A DNA stretch of 64,000 nucleotides. It comes from Neocallimastix sp. 'constans' (Eukaryota). Position 1 is the first letter of the stretch. Each line of letters begins with the position of its first letter. Under the pieces are notes generated by a model. That model was not told where the DNA came from. It did no database searches and was given only the letters and a program-made list of their open reading frames with translations. Positions 53,735 to 64,000 of the stretch are shown here, in pieces. The stretch is taken from contig JBODTK010000151.1 of the NCBI GenBank assembly GCA_050613775.1, positions 1 to 64,000 of the forward strand. Reading direction: 5' to 3'. Position numbers and translations under genes: made by a program.

Positions 53735-54910
53735 TCAATCCAAGGATTTAATTATTAACTCTGACGTCTCTAATTGTGGTTCTGTTTCTGTTATTGAAAT
53801 TTGTGTTACTTCAACGGATTGAGATGATGGTTCATTTTGGACATTTACTTTATTTTCCAATTGTTGATTAGCAATAATAGGTTGTGAAATAGTCAAATTG
53901 GCTATTGAATTATTTGATATAAAACTTTCTGTTGATGTTAAAGTTGGTGACATAAAAAGAGGAAAGTAAGACATTGGTTTATTATTTGAATTAAAAGATA
54001 ATGTTTGATCGGTATATCTTATACGACTTATGGTATTAAAATATTCTTCAGAGGATTCAAATGGATCTTTTGAATCGCTTATATTATGAATTGATGTTAT
54101 TTTAATTAATGAATCATTAGAATCGGTATTATTGGGATTAGTATAATTATTGACTTCAGATTTTACATTGATATTTTCTTTTTTACTTTTACTATTCTTC
54201 CTTTTCTTTAAAATTGATACAGATAAAACGGTACCAATAATTACAATTATTATAATACTGATAAGCGGTAATGAAATAACGGAACTCTTTTGATTTTTTT
54301 CTTCAATTGTTTTTTGATTGATATTATTGTCAACCGATGAATTTTTAACATTATTTACATTATCAATTACTAAATTTTGATTATTACTATCATTCTTATT
54401 ACTGTTATTCTCATTTCTCTTTTCATCAATGTAAGGTCTTGGATTTTGATTTATAGTATTATTATTTGGATTTGTTTTTTGATTTACAGTATTATTATTT
54501 TGATTTGTTTTTTGATTTATAGTATTATTATTTGGATTTGTTTTTTGATTTATATTTTTATCGTTATCTGTTTTTATTTTAATATTAGAGCTCTTATTAA
54601 TTTTTACATTTTGAGTGGGTTTATTATTAGATTTACTATTTTTTTCATTGGTATTTGAAAAAGTGTTACTGCTAATGTTGCTATTTACATTACCATTATT
54701 ATTTCTTTCTGCGCTTAAATCTATCCCAAGCTCTTGATAGTTTTTAGTAAATGGAAATTCAAAGTGATAATTACCAAGAACACATTCTACAGCATTACAG
54801 CAATTATTATAAACACATCTTATATGTTCAGAATCACAATAACCATATTCATTACATTTACCATTATCATAATAGTAATTAGTTATATCAAAAGGTAACT
54901 GTAGTACCAT
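53735..54910 (-). CDS. Single-pass membrane protein, family member D
   Basis: MVLQL start and C-x5-C-x6-C-x4-CC-x4-C shared with member A; three NQKTNPNNNTI-type repeats; TM LPLISIIIIVIIGTVLSVSIL then KKRK; tail DSKDPFESSEEYFNTISRIRYTD...FPLFMSPTL. Confidence 0.85.
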   Translation of the reverse strand: MVLQLPFDITNYYYDNGKCNEYGYCDSEHIRCVYNNCCNAVECVLGNYHFEFPFTKNYQELGIDLSAERNNNGNVNSNISSNTFSNTNEKNSKSNNKPTQNVKINKSSNIKIKTDNDKNINQKTNPNNNTINQKTNQNNNTVNQKTNPNNNTINQNPRPYIDEKRNENNSNKNDSNNQNLVIDNVNNVKNSSVDNNINQKTIEEKNQKSSVISLPLISIIIIVIIGTVLSVSILKKRKNSKSKKENINVKSEVNNYTNPNNTDSNDSLIKITSIHNISDSKDPFESSEEYFNTISRIRYTDQTLSFNSNNKPMSYFPLFMSPTLTSTESFISNNSIANLTISQPIIANQQLENKVNVQNEPSSQSVEVTQISITETEPQLETSELIIKSLD

Positions 54911-56090
54911 TATTAATATATGTTTATATATATGTATTTTATTTTTAAGTTGTTTAAATATTTTAAATAATTTCTCTTTTTTTTTTTCTTTTATTAATCT
55001 TATAAAAAAGGTTATAATATCATAGTAATAATAATTTATTATTATTACTACTAACTATAACTATTATTACTTCTACTGATATTATTTAATTTATTTTTAT
55101 TTCTAATTATTTATTTTTTTTTATATATATTTATAATTGAAAAATTAAAAATATCAAGAAAAAAAATTTTTTTTTGATAAAAATATTCAACTATTTATAT
55201 AAATATTTAATCAAATTTCAATAAAATTTAAAGTTATTTTTAAAGTTTTAGAAAATTTATAATTCTCAAAGAAAAAAAATTTTTTTTTTGTTTTAGAATT
55301 TATATACAAGTTTTTATATTAATATATTTGATAACAATTAAACTTAAAATTATTATACTATTCATAAAAATTTATAATTAAAAATAGTTATAATATTAAA
55401 AAATAAATAAAACAATTTCATTACAGAATTTTATATTTTTTTTTATTAAATTGATCGTTTTAAGTTTTCAGTATTTTGTCCAATAATATTTCTAGTATTT
55501 GGAGAAATAAACTTTTCAACTGTTACACAATAAAAAATTGATTTTCTTATCCTTCATTTGCTAATTAATTATTATGTTGGATACTTCGAAAATTATATTT
55601 ATATATATTTAAATACATATATATATATTTCTTGTAAAAAATTTAAATATATAGTAAAACATAAAACATACTTTAATTTTTTTTATATATATAACAATAT
55701 ATAATTTCTACTAATAAACTCTATATATTAATAATAAAATTTTTATTTATTCTCTGAGGTTTATCATATTAAGTAGAGAAAATATTAAAATTTGAAAATG
55801 GTTAAATTCTTCTTATTATTTTTTTTTAATTAAATTCTATTTGATATATACTAAAAATATATATATTTTTTATTAAACCGTTGTTGAAATTTATAAATAC
55901 ATATATAATACTACTATTAATATTAAAATTAATGTCAATAATAATAATTATATATATTCATATATAATAATTAAAAGTATTAATAATAAATAATAATAAA
56001 TAAATAAGAATAAAATACTTTTAAAGTTTTTATTAAATAATATTTGATACATGTATTAATTGAAATGTATAGAATTTATAAAAAAGATTT

Positions 56091-56123
<33 letters not shown>

Positions 56124-57638
56124 AGTTAATAAATTAAATTAAATTATAAAAACAATATTGTTTTCCATTTTAAATTTATTTATATTTTTTTAATTAAAAT
56201 TTTAATAATGTATTATAAATAAAATTTAATTAAAAAAAAATTTTTTTTTTTGATTTAATTACCATTTTTTCCCCCCATAAATTCCCAACTAAAAAATATT
56301 GTTATATAGACATAATAGTAAAAAAAAAAACTATATTTATATAAAAATTTCCAATATTATTTAGTATTGCTTTAATTATTAATATTATTTCAAATATTTT
56401 TATTTTAAATATCTTTATTGTTAATTATTATTAATATAATAATATTAATTACATTGTGCTAAAAATTATTAAATATTTCTTTTTAGTGTAATATTATTTA
56501 ATAAATAAAAAAAATTAAAAAAAAAAAAAAAAAACTAAAAAAAAAATTAAAATATTAATATGATTATTATAATTAAAATATTATTTAGCATTATTGAAAA
56601 CGTAGTAGTTTTATTTATTAATAAAATAAAATAATAAAATAATGTTGAATTTTTATTTTTTTTTCTCTTCTATTATTAACTTTTCATTATTATTTTTTTT
56701 TGTATAAAAATAATAATATTTATATAATTATTAAAAATATTTTAAAAAAAAAATAATACTATTTTTATATATTTAAAAAAAGTTGTATAACCAAAGATTT
56801 TTTTCTTATTATTAATACATAATAGATGATAATATTACAAATTATTATAAAATTTTTCCAATACCAGTATTTCTTCATGTGTAATAATCATTTTTAATAT
56901 ATTTTCAATATATGAAATTGATAATCTATTTTATCATTAATGTTACTTATAAAAATGTATAGTTAGAATAATATTAATAGGTTTTAAAATAAAGTAGCAT
57001 CATAAAAAAAAATATGTTTTTTTTATATCAATTTTAAATAAAAAAAAAACTTTTTTTATCAAAATTTTAATTTAATAATAAATTATTTATCTTTATGCTA
57101 TTTTTATTTTTTTTTTTTTTATTATTTTTTTTTTTTTTATTGTTTCTTTTAATATTTAAATTAAAAATTTAAAAATTTTACCTTTTGGTAGAGTTGTTGA
57201 CAAATATTTATAATTATTATTTTAATTTGTATGGTCCAATTAAAATTGTTTAGTAAGAATAAATGCCAATACCAAGTATATTAAAAAAAAAATTTTTTTT
57301 ATTTACTTTTCATTAAAAATTAAAATTATCCCACTATCACCCAATATCATTTTTGTCTTTTTTATAAAATATGTTAACTTTTTATATAATATATATAAAA
57401 ATTAAGTTAACATATATGCCTAAATACTTTTAATTTTAATTTATTTTTATTATTATTATCATTATTATATGCATTATTGTTGATGTTCTTATTATTAAAA
57501 TAGTTTATACTATGTTCATTTTTAATTAATTACATAAAATTAAAATGCATTTGAAAATAAGATTAACATATAATATTCAAGTTATACATATTTTTAAATT
57601 TATGATTATTATACTATTTTTATTAATAATACCTTAAT

Positions 57639-57811
57639 TTTTAACCATGATGAATATGAAATTGATAATACTTATTACATTTTTAACCATGATGAATATG
57701 AAATTGATAATACTTATTACATTTTTAACCATGATGAATATGAAATTGATAATACTTATTACATTTTTAACCATGATGAATATGAAATTGATAATACTTA
57801 TTACATTTTTA
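57639..57811. repeat. 42-bp tandem repeat, 4 copies
   Basis: TTTTAACCATGATGAATATGAAATTGATAATACTTATTACAT repeated. Confidence 0.92.
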
Positions 57812-58069
57812 AAGTTCTTTATATTACAAAAAAAAAATAAATGTTGTCCTTACAGAGTAATATGGTTTATTCAAAATAAATTTTAATATAGATAAATTAA
57901 TATCATAAAAAATATCAGTTTTTTTTTTTTTTTTTTTTTTTTATTAATAATAATAATAATATTATTATTATTAGTAGTATTATTATTATTAATTTCAAAT
58001 GAAAAAATTCTCATACATCAATTTTTAATATTTTTAATAAAATCATTCTCTTTTATTTTTATTTTTTAT

Positions 58070-58111
<42 letters not shown>

Positions 58112-58390
58112 TTTTGTTTTTACACTAATTGTAATTATAAAATATTTATTATTATTATTAATTAATTAATTTTAAATTTTAATTTGACCAATTAAAATTA
58201 ATTAATAAGAAAAAATACCAGATATTATATAAAATATTTTTCAATTTTTTAATTTTTTTTTATTTTATTTTATTTTATTTTATTTTATTTTATTTTATTT
58301 TATTTTATTTTATTTTATTTTATTCAATCTGTACTTTATATTCTACTATTTATTTTATTTTATTTTATTTTATTTTATTTTATTTTATTT

Positions 58391-58438
<48 letters not shown>

Positions 58439-60008
58439 CATTTCAAAAATTAATATTATCCCATTATCACCCAATATCATATTTGTCTTTTTTATAGTTA
58501 TAAGTAATTATAAAATGAAATTATTATAATTTTTTTTATTATTTTTTCATAACTGTTTTTAATAAAATATTTTTATAATTATTTTTTTTATTATAATGAA
58601 TTAAGCAATATTAATTTTAAAAAAAAAATTATTTTTTTTTTAATTTCATTATTATTTTATTTTAGTAAAATAATTTTTATATTAAAAATAATAATATACA
58701 ATTAAAAACATTTGATGATTAAATTATATATATATATATCTAAATATTTATTATTATTATTATTATTAAATAAATAGCTTAAACACTGTTATTTTTTTTT
58801 TTTTGTTAATTTAAACTTAAAAAAAAAAAGTTTATTAATATTCCTATAATTATTTAATTAAAACAAAACAGTTCTATTTATTTATTTATTTATTTTTTAT
58901 TTTTTTTTATTTATTATTATTACTAATAAGTATTATATATTAAACATATATTCGAATTTATAATTATAATACTTTTTTTTTTTTTTTTTTTTGTGATAAT
59001 ATTTTTATTTTTAATTAAAATTAATATAAAATTGATAATACTAACTATATTTTTAATGTTTTATATATAATAAAAAATATTATTAATATCCTTTTAGAAT
59101 AATATCATTTATTCAAAATTAAATTTATTAAAGATAAATTAATATTATAAAAATTTCATTTCAGTTTTTGCTTTTTTATTAATTTCAAATGAACACTTTT
59201 ATACTTTTATATCAATTAATTTTTATTATGTTTATAACAATATAATTACAATAATTTATTTTTATTAATTGTTCATAATAATATATAATAAAATATTTTT
59301 ATAATTATTTTTTTTATTATTATTTTATTATTTTATTTTAGTAAAATAGTTCAAATGTTTTTAATTGTATATTATTATTTTTAATATAAAATTTGATGAT
59401 TAAAAAATTATATACATATCTAAATATTTATATTTATTATTATTACTATTATTATATAAAAGCTTAAACACCGTTATTTTTTGTTAATTTAAACATAAAA
59501 AAAAAAAAGTTTATTAATATTCCTATAGTAATTTAAATTAAAAAAAACAGTTCTATTCATTATTATTTTTTTTATTATAATTATTACTAATATATATTAT
59601 ATATTAAACATATATTCAAATTTATGATAATACATTTTTTACTTTTTTTTTTTTATTTTTCTAATAATATTTTTATTTTTAATTAAATTAATATAAAATT
59701 AGTAATACTGAACTACATTTTTAATGTTTTACATATTATAAAAACTATTAATAATAATCCTTTTAGAATAATATCATTTATTCAAAATTTAATTTATTAA
59801 AGATAAAATTAGTAATACTTAACTACATTTTTAATGTTTTACATAATATAAAAATTGTTAATAATGTCCTTTTAGAATAATATCATTTATTCAAATTTAA
59901 ATTTATTAAAAAATAAATTAATATCATAAAAATTTCATTTCAGTTTTTGCTTTTTTATCGCTTTTACACTTTAATATCAATTAATTTTTAATAAAATCTT
60001 TTCTCTCT

Positions 60009-60049
<41 letters not shown>

Positions 60050-60116
60050 TTACAAGGATTTATAAAATGTAATTATGTTTAAAAAAAATATAAATAAAAT
60101 TTATTTTTATTAATTT

Positions 60117-61935
60117 TGTTAATAAGTAATTATAAATTATTAGAATTATCCAATAGAATTAAAGAATAAGAAACTATAAATATAAATATATAAATTTCAT
60201 TTACTTTCTATATGTATCTTTAACAAAATAAAAATAAAGACATAATTCAATAAAATATTAAAATAAAAGATTAAGAGTCTCACTCTATACGAGTGAGTTA
60301 CAAATAAAACAATAAAACCGATTCCTTTACAGTAAAAAAATAAAAAATAATAAAGACATTAAAAAATAAAAAGAATATTAAAAAAAAAATAAAATAAAAA
60401 TTAGGCTGAATATGGTCAGCGCGTTCAAGATATTATATATAAAAAAAAAAAAAAAAAAAGCTGAATATGGTCAGCGTGTTAAAACTATATATAATAAAAA
60501 TTATATATATTTAAAATAAAAAAAAAAATTTTTTTTGAAATATAATATTAAATCTAATATTAATTAAAAAATTTTGAAATATAATATTAAATCAGCACAA
60601 CATCAAATTAATCGCATCAATTAAAATAATTACTCTCTTAGAAATCTATCCCTAAATTCTAATTAATATTTTTAACAGTATACCAATCAATATTTTTCTC
60701 TTTAATAATCATACATGATCACCTCTCATCATAATAACAATTATTGGTATAGCACTTAATTGGATACACCAATAAATACTTATTACATCAATAATAATAA
60801 ATAATAACTTCTTTTCGTAATGATAACTATTGTTACAACACTAAATGGAATTAAATAGAATTAATATTTTATAATTTTAATCTCGAATCAACACAATTGA
60901 TTAACACATAATTTATTCACATAATTTTTTTAAATAAAAATCATATAAATAGAACATCTTATTCATCAAATTTACATCACTAATCAACCAACATAAAATA
61001 ACCTAATAAATTAATATGAATCGTGTCAATAGACAAACAAGATTAAATCAGCCAATCGTCATTAATGAAAACAATGACATCAATAATAAGGGAATCAATT
61101 TCAATTACTTCGAAAGTTTTAGTAGAATTGTTGAATTAACTTCGGATAACTACGTTAGTTGGAAAAATAATATGCTGTTTCTCTTAACTATTAATAACCT
61201 CGAAAATTATGTCATTCAAGAGAAGGTTAAGAAACTTAAGAAAAGACATATTAGGGACGATATTAACGATTATATCGATGACAAGTTTGATAATACACTA
61301 GTATATGACAAAGAAACTAAATACCATAGAAGAATATGAAAGCATTGATCACGACACTGAGGATAGTATAAAAGCTGGCATCCTTAACAGAGCACTCCCG
61401 GAAAATTTAATATTTATAAATGTGTTTCAATTTAAAGATAATTGGGGGAGACTATCTAATTATGTAAAGGACGTCATACCAGATATAATATTCTCAAATA
61501 TGAAAGAGCACACTAAAATTGAGGATTCACAAAAACACATTTTTCTGACAGAGCAAAACACTAAATCTAACAACAGAAAAGTACAATCATCAGTTAAATA
61601 CAAAGCAAAAAAAGGAAGATGTTACATGTGTGGTAGATTTGGACATTACATCAATGAGTGTTCAAAATATAACAGATATAAAAATAATAAATACAATATA
61701 TATACAAAACCAAGGAGGACAAGGTATAAAATCTCAAAGAAAGATCCACGCAAAGATTCATTCAAATATAAAAAATGTAACAATCAGCTAAATTCTATGG
61801 AATCCACTAACAGTTATGCTGCCAATACTTTATCAGATTATAACACTGAAGATACCTTCTTTATTGGTTGCATCTCAACAGAAGATAATACTGTATTACC
61901 CTCAAACGATCACCTCGAAAACTTTAATAATATAA
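60117..61935 (+). mobile_element. Truncated Ty1/copia element: putative 5' LTR (60117-60739), PBS (~60745) and broken gag
   Basis: TGTTAATA...TAATAACA termini, then TGGTATAGCAC after a 5-nt spacer, then gag; satellite sequence resumes at ~61935. Confidence 0.65.
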
Positions 61936-61943
61936 TAATATAA
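61016..61943 (+). pseudogene. gag: Copia-type gag, frameshifted and 3'-truncated
   Basis: ELTSDNYVSWKNNMLFLLTINNLENYV (copia gag N-terminal NY..W motif) in 61016-61339; CCHC knuckle CYMCGRFGHYINEC in a second frame (61305-61943); ends before any protease motif. Confidence 0.75.
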
Positions 61944-62942
61944 TTACAATAATTTATTTTTATTAATTGTTCATAATAATATATAATAAAATATTTTTAT
62001 AAGTATGGGTTCAAATGTTTTTAATTGTATATTATTATTTTTAATATAAAATTTGATGATTAAAAAATTATATACATATCTAAATATTAAATATTTATTA
62101 TTATTACTATTATTAAATAAATAGCTTAAATACTGTTATTTTTTGTTAATTTAAGCATAAAAAAAAAAGTTTATTAATATTCCTGTAATAATTTAATTAA
62201 AACAAAACAGTTCTATTTATTTATTTATTTTTTTTATTTATTATTATTACTAATAGGTATTATATATTAAACATATATTCAAATTTATAATACATTTTAT
62301 ACTTTACTAAACTACATTTTAATGATTTACATATTATAAAAACTATTAATAATATCCTTTTAGAATAATATCATTTATTCAAAATTAAATTTATTAAAGA
62401 TAAATTAATATCATAAAAATTTCATTTCAGTTTTTGCTTTTTTATTAATTTCAAATGAAAAGAACACTTTTTTATCAATTAATTTTTAATAAAATCATTT
62501 CTCTCTTTTTTTTTTAGTTACAAAATGTAATTATGTTTAAAAAAATAAAATTTTAATTTATTTTTTATAATTTTTTCATAATAATTTATAATAAAATATT
62601 TTATAGTTATTTTTTTTATTATTAATCTATTATTTTATTTTAGTAAAGTAGTTCAAATGTTTTTAATTGTATATTATTATTTTTAATATAAAATTTGATG
62701 ATTAAAAAATTATATACATATCTAAATATTTATATTTATTATTATTACTATTATTAAATAAATAGCTTAAACACTGTTATTTTTTGTTAATTTAAACATA
62801 AAAAAAAAGTTTATTAATATTCCTATAGTAATTTAATTAAAACAAAACAGTTCTATTCATTATTATTTTTTTTTATGTATTTTAATTATTACTAATAATT
62901 ATTATATACTAAACATTTATTCAAATTTATGATAATACATTT

Positions 62943-62985
<43 letters not shown>

Positions 62986-64000
62986 CGATAATATTTTTAT
63001 TTTTAATTAAAATTAATATAAAATTGATAATACTAACTATATTTTTAATGTTTTATATATGTATAAAAACTATTAATAATGTCCTTTTAGAATAATATCA
63101 TTTATTCAAAATTAAATTTATTAAAGATAAATTAATATCATAAAAATTTCATTTCAGTTTTTGCTTTTTTATTAATTTCAAATGAACACTTTTATACTTT
63201 TATATCAATTAATTTTTAATAAAACCTTTTTTTTTTTTTTTTTTTTAGTTACAAGGATTTATAAAATGCAATTATGTTTATAACAATATAATTATAATAA
63301 TTTATTTTTATTAATTGTTCATAATAATATATAATAAAATATTTTTATAATTATTTTTATATTATTATTTTATTATTTTATTTTAGTAAAATAGTTCAAA
63401 TAATTATTACTAATCATTATTATATATTATACATATATTCAAATTTATGATAATAATTTTTTACTTCATTTTTCTTTTTTTTTTTTTTTTCTAATAATAT
63501 TTTTATTTTTAATTAAAATTAATATAAAATTAATAATACTAACAATAATACTAACTATATTTTTAATGTTTTATATATGTATAAAAAATATTAATAATGT
63601 CCTTTTAGAATAATATCATTAATTCAGAATTAAATTTATTAAAGATAAATTAATATCATAAAAATTTCATTTCAGTTTTTGCTTTTTTATTAATTTCAAA
63701 TGAAAAGAACACTTTTTTATCAATTAATTTTTAATAAAATCATTTCTCTCTTTTTTTTTTAGTTACAAAATGTAATTATGTTTAAAAAAATAAAATTTTA
63801 ATTTATTTTTTATAATTTTTTCATAATAATTTATAATAAAATATTTTTTATAATTATTTTTTTATTATTAATTTATTATTTTATTTTAGTAAAATAGTTC
63901 AAATGCTTTTAATTGTATATTATTATTTTTAATATAAAATTTGATAATTAAATTATTATATACATATCTAAATATTTATATTTATTATTACTATTATTAA

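Larger units (their letters stand above)
58450..64000. repeat. Satellite-like tandem array of an AT-rich ~0.6-0.8-kb unit (about 6 copies, running off the window end), interrupted by a copia fragment
   Basis: Landmarks AGCTTAAACACTGTTA, AAAACAGTTCTATT, CCTTTTAGAATAATATCATTTATTC and AATTTCATTTCAGTTTTTGC recur in order (last landmark at ~59155, 59935, 62420, 63145, 63665). Confidence 0.85.

Noticed and set aside
57647..57886. 79-aa ORF
   Set aside because: Produced by the 42-bp tandem repeat, which is related to the adjacent satellite unit.

Overview
Extremely AT-rich eukaryotic DNA with spliceosomal GT-AG introns. A fungal-type dockerin fused to a GH9 cellulase remnant points to an anaerobic gut fungus (Neocallimastigomycota; inference). 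The centrepiece is a complete, apparently very young 8.1-kb Ty3/gypsy LTR retrotransposon (8791-16902). It has two 858-bp LTRs, an AAAG target-site duplication, a tRNA-Ala primer-binding site and a -1 frameshift signal with a pseudoknot. It sits 14 bp upstream of a tRNA-Arg(TCT) gene and carries a 1.4-kb highly structured leader ending in seven covarying hairpins. Other content: a GPI-anchored Ala/Asn-repeat surface protein; a tRNA-headed GC-rich island (SINE or Pol III ncRNA candidate); a ~2350-aa heptad-repeat protein divergent from a 10-exon RRN7/TAF1B gene; and a tandem family of single-pass membrane proteins with variable Cys-rich N-termini and a conserved cytoplasmic motif (three open ORFs, one probably truncated, plus a pseudogene). 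There are also Ty1/copia remnants, a ~0.6-0.8-kb satellite-like array at the right end, and many micro- and minisatellites. All calls were made by eye; no database searches were run.
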